Source: a virus
Lineage: Duplodnaviria; Caudoviricetes
Length of the DNA: 30,952 nt
Direction: 5' to 3' (one strand)
Virus record (IMG/VR): IMGVR_UViG_3300007513_000131
Span: 1 to 30,952 of that record
Under the pieces are notes generated by a model. That model ran no database searches, was not told the origin of the DNA, and worked only from the letters and a program-made list of their open reading frames with translations. The position numbers were made by a program, and so were the translations under genes. Shown in pieces: positions 18,533 to 27,127 of the stretch. The stretch's first letter is position 1. Every line of letters starts with the position of its first letter.

Positions 18533-18676
18533 ATGTGGAAATGGCTTGAAAAAGTACTTGGCACATCTGAGCAACCTTTAATACTAACCAAGGAGGTAAA
18601 ACCTAAATTGAAAACTTATAAAATTAAAGGAAGAACTTATTACCTTCGAAAAACGAAAAAGAAAGATAAAAAATAA
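18533..18676 (+). CDS. 47-aa basic peptide (MWKWLEK...)
   Basis: AAGGAGG SD; open frame to TAA at 18676. Confidence 0.8.
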   Translation: MWKWLEKVLGTSEQPLILTKEVKPKLKTYKIKGRTYYLRKTKKKDKK

Positions 18677-18679
18677 AAT

Positions 18680-18850
18680 ATGTGGACATGGTTAAAAAAA
18701 ATAATTAGTGCTGAAGCAGTAGTTTTAGATAAAAAACCTAAACGTGCAAGAACTAAACGTGGACGCTATAAAGGTGATAACAAATCTACTAAAGACTACA
18801 ACGAAGCATGGGTTGGCGGCAAAGCGCCTAAAAGAAAACGAAGACGGTAG
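18680..18850 (+). CDS. 56-aa basic peptide (MWTWLKK...RARTKRGRYKGDNKSTKDYNEAW)
   Basis: Starts 3 nt after the previous stop; N-terminus similar to the preceding peptide. Confidence 0.8.
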   Translation: MWTWLKKIISAEAVVLDKKPKRARTKRGRYKGDNKSTKDYNEAWVGGKAPKRKRRR

Positions 18851-18928
18851 TTGGCAAATACTAGACATCCTTGGCCAACACGAACAAGCCTATAGAGAAA
18901 AGAAATCCTGGGAGTAATTAATCATCAA

Positions 18929-19057
18929 ATGAAAAAAAATTATAATGAATGGGAACGGATAAGTGTCTGGACTTTACGTGTTATGGTAGCAATGGCTTTT
19001 ATTCTTGCATTTCTTATTATTACTGGAAAAATCGATTTATGGCTTGGATTAAATTAA
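18929..19057 (+). CDS. 42-aa single-TM protein
   Basis: ATG 8 nt after TAATTA; hydrophobic helix VMVAMAFILAFLIITG. Confidence 0.6.
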   Translation: MKKNYNEWERISVWTLRVMVAMAFILAFLIITGKIDLWLGLN

Positions 19058-19200
19058 CAATATTAACATTATTACTATGTGTTGCCTGTGCAAAAACAAA
19101 TCAAACTTTTATACTCGACCCTTCAATTACATATCCTGAAGAAAGAAATGTTGCTGTTGCCTGGCCTGTTCTTCCCGTTACTATAGAAGAAATTAAATAA
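19039..19200 (+). CDS. Small lipoprotein (53 aa)
   Basis: MAWIKLTILTLLLCVAC; internal ATG of the track ORF preferred. Confidence 0.6.
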   Translation: MAWIKLTILTLLLCVACAKTNQTFILDPSITYPEERNVAVAWPVLPVTIEEIK

Positions 19201-19204
19201 TACT

Positions 19205-20215
19205 ATGTCGTTGATATATTCACCAATTCCGGTTTGTCTGGCATTTGAACCAATCAATTTATGTAATGCTCAATGTTTTTGTTGTCCATATACTGAATTT
19301 GCTACGGATAAAACGTTTATAAAACAAAAAATGTCAGTAGAACAAATAACACAATTAATGGATGATTGGGGTAATTTACTAAGAAAACATAATATAAAAC
19401 CGTGGTCGGTTTCTGTTTTGCCGTGGCGATATTCAGATCCTTTACTCAACCCCCATTTAGATACTGTATTACAATTAGCAGACAAGCATAAAACAAGAGT
19501 AAGTCTTACAACAAATGCTATATCGTTTGGTAAACGACAATGTGACCTTTTACAAAAATATAGTCATACATTAACAAAAATATTCATTTCAGTAATAGGA
19601 TTTACTGAAAAAGAAGTATGGGAACAAATGAAAGTTCACAGAAAAAAAGTGTTTCAAAGTTTAGAATTTGTAAGAGATAACTACCCTAATCTATCTAAGT
19701 TGATGAAAATTGCTATTAAAAATAGAAGCCAGGATCTTCCTCCAGGAGATACAGTAGAGGAATATGCAAAAAGAACATTAGGAAAAGCTACAGGAAAAGG
19801 TAATTGGATGAGTAATAGATTAGGAAAAGGAGATGCCGTTTGGGCGAAGCCTGTTAAATGGAATCCGGGTCCTAACAGTTTTGTTAATGGGTGTGGCCTA
19901 ACTCCCGGAAAGATATTAAATCGTTTAGAAATCATGGTTAATGGTCGAGCGGCCCTTTGTTGTGATATGTCTTATGATCGTAATCATCCTATTGAGCAAA
20001 CAAATTACGGTAATGTGTTCGATATTGGTATTGAGGGTGTTTGGGCTAACTTAACAAAACAACACCAACTAATATACGATCAAAAGTATTCTGAAAAGAA
20101 ACTAGGATTAATATGCAATAACTGTGATAGGTCTGGAATAAGCAGTATGGGTTGGAAACTTAAAGACACTATACAACGCCAACAAAAGTATAAAAGAAAG
20201 TTTTTTGATAGATAG
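19205..20215 (+). CDS. Radical SAM protein with C-terminal SPASM/twitch domain
   Basis: CNAQCFCC, TTNA, ALCCD, GNV, CNNC motifs. Confidence 0.88.
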   Translation: MSLIYSPIPVCLAFEPINLCNAQCFCCPYTEFATDKTFIKQKMSVEQITQLMDDWGNLLRKHNIKPWSVSVLPWRYSDPLLNPHLDTVLQLADKHKTRVSLTTNAISFGKRQCDLLQKYSHTLTKIFISVIGFTEKEVWEQMKVHRKKVFQSLEFVRDNYPNLSKLMKIAIKNRSQDLPPGDTVEEYAKRTLGKATGKGNWMSNRLGKGDAVWAKPVKWNPGPNSFVNGCGLTPGKILNRLEIMVNGRAALCCDMSYDRNHPIEQTNYGNVFDIGIEGVWANLTKQHQLIYDQKYSEKKLGLICNNCDRSGISSMGWKLKDTIQRQQKYKRKFFDR

Positions 20216-20227
20216 CATATAAAATAA

Positions 20228-20351
20228 TTTACAAAATTTACAATTTGTAAATTCTTTACAAAAAAGTTGTAAATTTATTTACATCGTTTACAACGTACGA
20301 CTTGATTTTTAACCATTTTTCTATTAATTTACAATAAATAAATTTTGTAAA
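20228..20351. repeat. Intergenic array of nine TTTACA/TGTAAA hexamers
   Basis: Copies at 20228, 20237, 20246 (inv), 20255, 20268 (inv), 20278, 20287, 20328, 20346 (inv). Confidence 0.75.
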
Positions 20352-20359
20352 GAAATTTT

Positions 20360-20557
20360 ATGAAAAAAGAAAAAGAAACAAGTAACTGTGTAATACGTGA
20401 TGACAATCACGATTGGGGTGGTGCGGAACCTGTAATTGAATACTCACCAATGCCGGAAGAAATAATTAAAGATGCTGATACTTTGCTAAACGAGTTACTT
20501 AAAAAATTTCCAGAAATTCATATCGACGAACCTATGAATTGGCCTTTTCGTAGTTAA
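20360..20557 (+). CDS. Small acidic hypothetical protein
   Basis: 65-aa ORF downstream of the hexamer array. Confidence 0.65.
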   Translation: MKKEKETSNCVIRDDNHDWGGAEPVIEYSPMPEEIIKDADTLLNELLKKFPEIHIDEPMNWPFRS

Positions 20558-20560
20558 TTT

Positions 20561-21127
20561 TTATTCAATTATAGTAGCAATAAAATGAACACGGTGTTCG
20601 TGTCCACCATTAAGTGCAGTATGATATTTGGTATTATCAGTTATCCATGCATGGCCATCTGCTTTTAAATGTCGAGCTTCATTATCCACGACAGCAATAC
20701 AACCCGGATTAGTTACAATCGGAATATGCAACCTACGTTCAGGATCACGATGCCATCTAATAACTGTCAATGAATTCTTCCAAACAAGTCTTGTTCTGCC
20801 GAGCTTGTACTTTGTTGATAAAGAATCGTATACGTGTTTAAAGTATGTATGTTCTAATACTTTCACAAACTGACTGTACTTTGCTTCGTCTACTAACTCT
20901 AGTCTTTGTTGTTCTTTGTAGTTGTTATCGTATTCCCAATAACGACCTAACACATTACCGCCCGTGATAGAATTTTTATCTCCTGGTACTTGCGTTAAGC
21001 AAATTGCACCACCGTCATTTGTATCGCCATAATATTGCTGTTGTTGAACTATACTTTCACACTCTTTAAGAGCTGTTTGCATTTTATCAACGTCAAACAT
21101 AAATGGTGTTATCTCAAAATTTTGCAT
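20561..21127 (-). CDS. Asp/Asn beta-hydroxylase-like 2OG-Fe(II) oxygenase
   Basis: WHRD...RLHIPIVTN...HTALNGG..RVH motifs. Confidence 0.8.
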   Translation of the reverse strand: MQNFEITPFMFDVDKMQTALKECESIVQQQQYYGDTNDGGAICLTQVPGDKNSITGGNVLGRYWEYDNNYKEQQRLELVDEAKYSQFVKVLEHTYFKHVYDSLSTKYKLGRTRLVWKNSLTVIRWHRDPERRLHIPIVTNPGCIAVVDNEARHLKADGHAWITDNTKYHTALNGGHEHRVHFIATIIE

Positions 21128-21129
21128 CT

Positions 21130-21345
21130 TTACTTACTGTGTGGAGGTAATTTCTTTTCAACCCACCAACGATGCTTACGTGTAATGGGATCGTACTTAC
21201 GTACTTTTAACTTTTGATTTTTCTTTTCACCTTTATTAGGTTTCATTGCATAATAATAAAATGCGTGATCTTTTGAATCTGAATCTTCTGGAACTAGTCT
21301 TACTTTAGTATAAGGTCGTTTAGTTTTTGGTTTATCTGCTGGCAT
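21130..21345 (-). CDS. rpmG: Ribosomal protein bL33 homologue (Zn-independent type, divergent)
   Basis: KVRLV...FYY..K...KLKVRKYDPITRKH...E matches the bL33 consensus. Confidence 0.8.
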   Translation of the reverse strand: MPADKPKTKRPYTKVRLVPEDSDSKDHAFYYYAMKPNKGEKKNQKLKVRKYDPITRKHRWWVEKKLPPHSK

Positions 21346-22394
21346 TAACTTTCCATTGTTGTTAATATACGATTAGTAACCTTATAAGGATCAGCATTAC
21401 CTGACGGGCGTCTGTCTTCTAAATAACCTTTCCAATTATTTTGTGTAAGTGCTAATGGAATTCTAATACTTGCTCCTCTATCACTAACACCGTAACTAAA
21501 CTTATCAATGTGTTGTGTTTCGTGTAAGCCAGTTAAACGTTCATCATTCTTACTACCGTACTCTGCAATATGTTCTTTATGAAAAGAACTAAACAGATCG
21601 CAAATACTTTTAATATAATCTTCTCCACCTTCGTTTCTCATCTTATCAGTTGAGAAGTTAGTATGCATACCGTTGCCATTCCAATCTCCCTTAATTGGTT
21701 TTGCTTCAATGTTAACATCTATGCCATATTTTTCTGCTGTTCTATAAAGTATATAACGTGCCATCCAAGCATTATCCGCGGCTTTTTTTGCACCTCTGCC
21801 AAACACTTGATACTCCCATTGTCCTAACATTACTTCTGCGTTTGTTCCGTGTAATGATATTCCTGCTTTCAAACAATTTGAAATATGTTCATGCATTATG
21901 TCTCTACCTGTAAACATCCTTGCTCCTACACGATTAGCATTACCTACTAAGGTTTGGCCAACGTTGGCTGTACCTATTCCGCAATAATAATCACCTTGTT
22001 CTTTTGGATACCCTTCTGTAGGCCAACCTAATGGGCGTTCATTTTCAATAAACGTATACTCTTGTTCAAAACCAAACCAATATTCTTTTTGGTTCTCACT
22101 TGTAATTTTTGCTCTTGTATTTGATATGTGTGGCGTTCCATCTGCATTGTACACTTCACATAACACTATTTGATCAGAATCAAATGGACTATTGTATAAA
22201 CGTATAGGTTTTAATACACAGTCCGAACTTGATCCTTTTGCTTGTTGTGTACTTGATCCATCAAATCCCCACTCAGGAACTTCTAATAAGTTTGTACAAT
22301 ATCTGTCTATGATTTTAATTTTTGATCTTAAAGTAGCTTCGGGTTGATATCCATCTAGCCAAACATATTCTAGTTTATTTTTTTTAACTTCCAT
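21345..22394 (-). CDS. glnII: Glutamine synthetase type II
   Basis: EYVWLDG, WGFDGSST, GFEQEY, EVMLGQWEYQV, GDWNGNGMHTNFST, RLTGLHET, DRGASIRIP, EDRRP; 349 aa. Confidence 0.95.
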   Translation of the reverse strand: MEVKKNKLEYVWLDGYQPEATLRSKIKIIDRYCTNLLEVPEWGFDGSSTQQAKGSSSDCVLKPIRLYNSPFDSDQIVLCEVYNADGTPHISNTRAKITSENQKEYWFGFEQEYTFIENERPLGWPTEGYPKEQGDYYCGIGTANVGQTLVGNANRVGARMFTGRDIMHEHISNCLKAGISLHGTNAEVMLGQWEYQVFGRGAKKAADNAWMARYILYRTAEKYGIDVNIEAKPIKGDWNGNGMHTNFSTDKMRNEGGEDYIKSICDLFSSFHKEHIAEYGSKNDERLTGLHETQHIDKFSYGVSDRGASIRIPLALTQNNWKGYLEDRRPSGNADPYKVTNRILTTMES

Positions 22395-22551
22395 TCTTTT
22401 CCTTCCATCTTTTATATCCTTTTATCCAGTAGTCTTCTTCGCTGTGTAGTCCTTCTACAAACGACTCAAAATCGGCTGTAATAGAATAAGGTTTAATTCT
22501 TGTGTCTTTCTTTAACAGTTTCCAAAACTTCTTTTCTCTTTTCTTTGCCAT
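22384..22551 (-). CDS. Small hypothetical protein (55 aa)
   Basis: MAKKREKKFWKLL...; overlaps the glnII start. Confidence 0.55.
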   Translation of the reverse strand: MAKKREKKFWKLLKKDTRIKPYSITADFESFVEGLHSEEDYWIKGYKRWKEKNGS

Positions 22552-22621
22552 ATCTAAATCCTAGGTAGTAAGCTACTACTATGAATGCTGTAATCAATAC
22601 TGTGTGCCAAATATAAAACAT
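22493..22621 (-). CDS. 42-aa single-TM protein
   Basis: MFYIWHTVLITAFIVVAYYLGFRYGK... Confidence 0.6.
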   Translation of the reverse strand: MFYIWHTVLITAFIVVAYYLGFRYGKEKRKEVLETVKERHKN

Positions 22622-22631
22622 ATTGTATATA

Positions 22632-23504
22632 TTAATTAAACACTGCGTTTAAATGTGATTGTGGTTTCCTTATATTGTTTGCAATAGCATCATCTTTTGA
22701 TATTCTGTGTAAACTATTTCCTTCTACTCTGTAGTAAGGCTGGTTAACAAATTTAATATGTTTTTCTTTATCCAACACCTCGTTTAACTCAACTTTGTCG
22801 TACGGCGATTGGATATATGCATCTGAGTCGGCAATAGGTTTAACCTTTTCTCTATCCAGTTTATGTTTTATGTACAATGCCTGTGTGCCACACAGTACCA
22901 TACACATAGGAACTACAACTTTATCGCCAAAGTAATCTTTAAATTCCTGCATAAAACTTTTAGGATATTTGTGAACGCACATACCAAACGTGGTCCAATG
23001 GCTATAGTCGTGATTGAGTGTTCTAGCATATTCGTACACTTGAAAAAATATTGGTTGATAAATGTCTCTTGCCATACAGAATTGATGCATAGGATCATTG
23101 CCTTGTTGAGATACATATGGCGCCCAGTTGTTCCACCAATTAGATTCATTGTTGTCTTCAAACATCCAGTCTGGCAACAGGGGACCCCCGGGCCAGTCTC
23201 CGGTGTCTTTGTATTCGTTGTGTTGTTCGGGTGTGCTTTTTTCTAACAGCCACACTGCCGCGTGAGATACATTGAATGGATCACGGTGGGTGAATCCACC
23301 ATTCTGTGTGCAAACCCAGTTGATAAACTTATCTGCTAGTCCTACACGGTCTGGCAACCATAGTCTAAAGTTGAGTCTGTTGTCAAATGGAACTCTCAGT
23401 GCATTGTACACTGCTTGATTTACATGATTGGATGCAGGATCTTTGCTGTGATCTGCGTAACCTACTGTTTGATAAATTAAGTTTCTGTCTCTTTGTATTT
23501 TCAT
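22632..23504 (-). CDS. Hypothetical protein (290 aa)
   Basis: Long ORF directly downstream of clpP; no recognised motif. Confidence 0.8.
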   Translation of the reverse strand: MKIQRDRNLIYQTVGYADHSKDPASNHVNQAVYNALRVPFDNRLNFRLWLPDRVGLADKFINWVCTQNGGFTHRDPFNVSHAAVWLLEKSTPEQHNEYKDTGDWPGGPLLPDWMFEDNNESNWWNNWAPYVSQQGNDPMHQFCMARDIYQPIFFQVYEYARTLNHDYSHWTTFGMCVHKYPKSFMQEFKDYFGDKVVVPMCMVLCGTQALYIKHKLDREKVKPIADSDAYIQSPYDKVELNEVLDKEKHIKFVNQPYYRVEGNSLHRISKDDAIANNIRKPQSHLNAVFN

Positions 23505-23506
23505 TG

Positions 23507-24112
23507 TTATTGCTCCTGTTTGTTGTCGTCTTCTCTACTAGTTACTATTTTATCTGCAAGTCCATAAGCTACTGCCTCGTCTGGTGTCATGAATTTATCT
23601 CTTTCCATATCATCTTTAAGTTTATCTAAAGGTTGCCCTGTGTGCTTTTCATAAATTTTTGTAAGTTCGTCCTTCCATCTTAACAATTCATTAGCTTGAA
23701 TTTGTACATCTGTTGCTTGTCCTCTTGCTCCACCTAATGGTTGGTGTATCATATGTCTACCGTGTGGTAACATAAATCTTTTTCCCTTTGTTCCTGCTGT
23801 GGCAAGTAATGATCCCATTGAACAGGCTTGTCCAACAACAATAGTTTGTATGTCAGAGCGGACGTACTGCATGGTATCATATATCGCCATACCAGCAGTA
23901 ACTAATCCGCCTGGGGAGTTTATGTATAATGTAATATCTTTTTTGCTGTCTTGTGATTCTAAAAATAACAATTGGGCACACAATACTGATGATGTGCGTT
24001 CATCAATTGGGCCTTCCAACATTATAATTCTGTCTTTAAGTAAGCGAGAGAATATGTCGTAACTACGTTCTCCTTTACTTGTTTGTTCTATTACTATCGG
24101 TGTTAGTGGCAT
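23507..24112 (-). CDS. clpP: ATP-dependent Clp protease proteolytic subunit
   Basis: [25 protein letters not shown] (Ser), MIHQP (His), ERD (Asp). Confidence 0.97.
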   Translation of the reverse strand: MPLTPIVIEQTSKGERSYDIFSRLLKDRIIMLEGPIDERTSSVLCAQLLFLESQDSKKDITLYINSPGGLVTAGMAIYDTMQYVRSDIQTIVVGQACSMGSLLATAGTKGKRFMLPHGRHMIHQPLGGARGQATDVQIQANELLRWKDELTKIYEKHTGQPLDKLKDDMERDKFMTPDEAVAYGLADKIVTSREDDNKQEQ

Positions 24113-24119
24113 ATAATTT

Positions 24120-24148
24120 ATTGTATACTAAAAAAGTTATTTTGTCAA
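24120..24148 (-). promoter_or_regulatory. Sigma70-type promoter for clpP (leaderless)
   Basis: TTGACA-N17-TACAAT, then 7 nt to ATG 24112. Confidence 0.75.
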
Positions 24149-25078
24149 TACTTGGCTTTTAACATATTCGAATGTTCTACGTAAGCCTTCTTCTAATGGA
24201 AAGTTTGGTTTCCATCCTGTAAGTTTCATTATTTTGGTATTATCAGAATTTCTTCTCATACATCCAGCCGGACCTGCTGGAAGATATTTTTTTGTGATTT
24301 GTTTACCAGATATCTTTATTAACATATCAGCAAGTTGTGTCATTGTAATTGCCTCATCTGATCCCATATTGATTGGAATATGAACATTGTTTTCTATAAG
24401 TTTATCAAGTCCTACCATTAGGTCATCTATATAACAGAAAGATCTAATTTGTGTTCCGTCTCCCCATATTTCTATTTCGCCTGGGTCTGATGCATTTAAT
24501 ATCTTAACACACATCGCGGCAACTACTTTTGAGTTTTCAAAAATATCTGAGTAAGGCCCATACATCGCATGGAATATTGGTAATGCAACTTTCATATCAT
24601 AATACTTTGCATACTCTTGTACCAACTGCATATTGTAAAGTTTTTCCATTCCGTATATATTTCCTGCAGGCTTGGCTGGCCATATGTGTTCATCTTCATT
24701 TAAGTCTGGACCATTGTGTCCTTGCACATCTGTATTGTACATCATGGCCGAACAAGCATAAATGAAATGTGATTTATTCTTTGCCGCAAAGTCTAATGCA
24801 TGAATTGATTGTATTGGATTACTTCTTCCGGTTGCCATTTGTGCTGAGCCGACAAACTTAGAGTTTGGTACGTCAGCCGACAAATGATAAACTCTATCAA
24901 AGTCGTTTTCAATTGTAATTTTATTTTCCATATTATGGCCATGGAACTCATCAACAAAAACAGGATCACCTGTTTTAAGTTTTTTATCTAAACCAACAAC
25001 GTAATGTCCTTGTTTCTTTAAATGCTGTGCTAAATTTTTTGCTATGAACCCTTGACAACCTGTAATAAGAACTTTCAT
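24137..25078 (-). CDS. NAD-dependent epimerase, GDP-mannose 3,5-epimerase-like
   Basis: ITGCQGFIA, YGMEK, EIWGDGTQIRSFCYIDD, RNSDNT motifs. Confidence 0.85.
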   Translation of the reverse strand: MKVLITGCQGFIAKNLAQHLKKQGHYVVGLDKKLKTGDPVFVDEFHGHNMENKITIENDFDRVYHLSADVPNSKFVGSAQMATGRSNPIQSIHALDFAAKNKSHFIYACSAMMYNTDVQGHNGPDLNEDEHIWPAKPAGNIYGMEKLYNMQLVQEYAKYYDMKVALPIFHAMYGPYSDIFENSKVVAAMCVKILNASDPGEIEIWGDGTQIRSFCYIDDLMVGLDKLIENNVHIPINMGSDEAITMTQLADMLIKISGKQITKKYLPAGPAGCMRRNSDNTKIMKLTGWKPNFPLEEGLRRTFEYVKSQVLTK

Positions 25079-25094
25079 GCTTCTATTTAATTTT

Positions 25095-25934
25095 TTAATT
25101 TTTCAACGTCTTCCAATATGGATGTGTTTGTTTTGTGGTAAGATCTCGTTTTTTAGATGTCATAGCCACTTTACGATCATAACCTTTTAAATGATCCATG
25201 TATTGGCCAAGCTCACTATTAATAAATGGATGCCTTGCTTTTCTATCTCCGGACCATCGGCCATCGTTTAAGTCCTCATTTTTTATTTTTCCGGCCTGTT
25301 CCATTTCAAGTCGCACTGCATCAAATGTAAACGAATCTGTATAACCTGCTATTGGAAAATGATTTAGGAATCCTTTTTGTATATTAAAGAACAAATCTTC
25401 AGCATAATATTGTTCCCACCTTTCAAAAAATTCTGTTGCGTACTTATGAGCGGTGTTGAAAGCATAGTATCCTGTTTCTGAAAAGCCTTTCTTGGGTCTT
25501 CCTAGATATGATGTGAACGCAGTGTTTGGTAATATATGTTCTAGCCAAGACATAGGAATCTTTTCAAATGTAATAATGTCTGCATCTAAGTACCAAAGCA
25601 TATCGGGTTTTGTTTTATAGTATGCATCTATACAGGCAAATACTTTGTAGCTGAATCTAATAGCATCATATTCAAACTTATATTGTTGTGGTTGCCATTT
25701 TGTAAGTCTCGGATTATCTTTGTTTCTTTCAATAAACTCTTTTAATACAAGTTGCTCTTTACATAAATCATAATACTCTGTTCGAGGCAACTCAAGTTGT
25801 TGTGACATGTCATCTGGATACAAAAGTATTTTTGCATGGCCCGGCCAATTCTTTACTGTACTTTGAATTCCTGCCTGTACAGGTTTAGGCCAATATTTTG
25901 GCCCCCATGTTGTTACAATTGTTAATGATTTCAT
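25095..25934 (-). CDS. Glycosyltransferase-like protein, paralogue 2
   Basis: RFSYKVFA...YLDAD...YLGRP...SETGY...HPF...DHLKG. Confidence 0.7.
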   Translation of the reverse strand: MKSLTIVTTWGPKYWPKPVQAGIQSTVKNWPGHAKILLYPDDMSQQLELPRTEYYDLCKEQLVLKEFIERNKDNPRLTKWQPQQYKFEYDAIRFSYKVFACIDAYYKTKPDMLWYLDADIITFEKIPMSWLEHILPNTAFTSYLGRPKKGFSETGYYAFNTAHKYATEFFERWEQYYAEDLFFNIQKGFLNHFPIAGYTDSFTFDAVRLEMEQAGKIKNEDLNDGRWSGDRKARHPFINSELGQYMDHLKGYDRKVAMTSKKRDLTTKQTHPYWKTLKN

Positions 25935-27127
25935 TTTACAAAGCTAGATATCACTTCGTACAATTTATCGATTCCTTCTTTGATATTTTCACTACCGTTT
26001 CCTACAAAGAATCCGTTGTTGTGTATATCATCTGCGGCTGTCATTTGTTTTGAAGCTAAAAGAATTTTATTTGGGTTTACCCATTGTCCTGAAACAATAA
26101 AGTCTAAGTCTCTCATAACAGGTTGTTTTAAAAAGTTTCTTGATGCTAACGGTCTATTTTGTATTCCGGCTTTGCTCAATGCGTTAATAACTTCTGCTCT
26201 ACGACCTTTTAACTCTCCATCTAGAACCATTCCAAACGTAAACCAACTGCTTTCACCTATTTCTTTTTGTATTCTGCACCACGGCTTATCTGCAAACAGT
26301 GAGAAGAAATGTTCTTTGTTTGCTAAACGTGTTTCCATAATGTTATTCCATTTAGTTAATTGTGCTGAACCAATTGCTCCACTCATCTCTAGTGGTCTAA
26401 TGTTATAGCCCGGAGTTGCAAAAATAAAGTTATCGTTAAATGCGTTTCCTGTTTTTTGATACAATGTCGAGTTATCTGGTAAATCTCTAACCCAACCATG
26501 TGCTCTCATACTTCGCATATAGTCTGCATCATCTTTATCTGTGCATAAAACCATACCGCCTTCCATTGTTTGTATATGATGTGAAAAGAAAAATGAGAAC
26601 GATCCTGCTAACCCTATCGCTCCTGTATACAAACCATTATACTTTGCACCCATACTTTCGCAATTGTCTTCTATTAATAATAAATTGTGTTTGGTGCATA
26701 TGTCTATTATCTTGCTATACTCGCAACTGTTACCTAGCAAGTTAACTGGCATGATAGCACAGGTATCAGGAGTAATTGCATCTTCAATTTTGTTTACATC
26801 AATATTCCAAGTGTTAGGATCTACATCAACAAAGTTAATCTTAAATCCGTTTTGTACTATAGGAAAATATGTTGTTGCCCAACCAACCACCGGAACTATA
26901 ATATTTCCTGTTAATTTATACTTCCACTTTAATAAACTTAACATTAATAAGTTTGCTGACGAACCGGAGTTAACCATTACAGCATGTTGACTACCAAACA
27001 GTTGTGCGAATTCTTGTTCGAACTGCTTAACGTGTTTGCCCATTGTGTACATGTCTGTATCAATGACTTTTTGTATTGCTTCTAACTCTTCTTTCCCCCA
27101 AGTAGAATATGCTAATGGATATATCAT
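25931..27127 (-). CDS. DegT/DnrJ-family PLP enzyme, ColD-type GDP-4-keto-6-deoxymannose 3-dehydratase
   Basis: VNSGSSANL, EDNCES, SFFFSHHIQTMEGG (His in place of the catalytic Lys), RAHGW, GYNIRP. Confidence 0.85.
   Translation of the reverse strand: MIYPLAYSTWGKEELEAIQKVIDTDMYTMGKHVKQFEQEFAQLFGSQHAVMVNSGSSANLLMLSLLKWKYKLTGNIIVPVVGWATTYFPIVQNGFKINFVDVDPNTWNIDVNKIEDAITPDTCAIMPVNLLGNSCEYSKIIDICTKHNLLLIEDNCESMGAKYNGLYTGAIGLAGSFSFFFSHHIQTMEGGMVLCTDKDDADYMRSMRAHGWVRDLPDNSTLYQKTGNAFNDNFIFATPGYNIRPLEMSGAIGSAQLTKWNNIMETRLANKEHFFSLFADKPWCRIQKEIGESSWFTFGMVLDGELKGRRAEVINALSKAGIQNRPLASRNFLKQPVMRDLDFIVSGQWVNPNKILLASKQMTAADDIHNNGFFVGNGSENIKEGIDKLYEVISSFVK

Noticed and set aside
17952-18574. Minus-strand ORFs 17952-18338 and 18329-18574
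   Set aside because: They are antisense shadows of the plus-strand peptide genes, which have strong SD sites.
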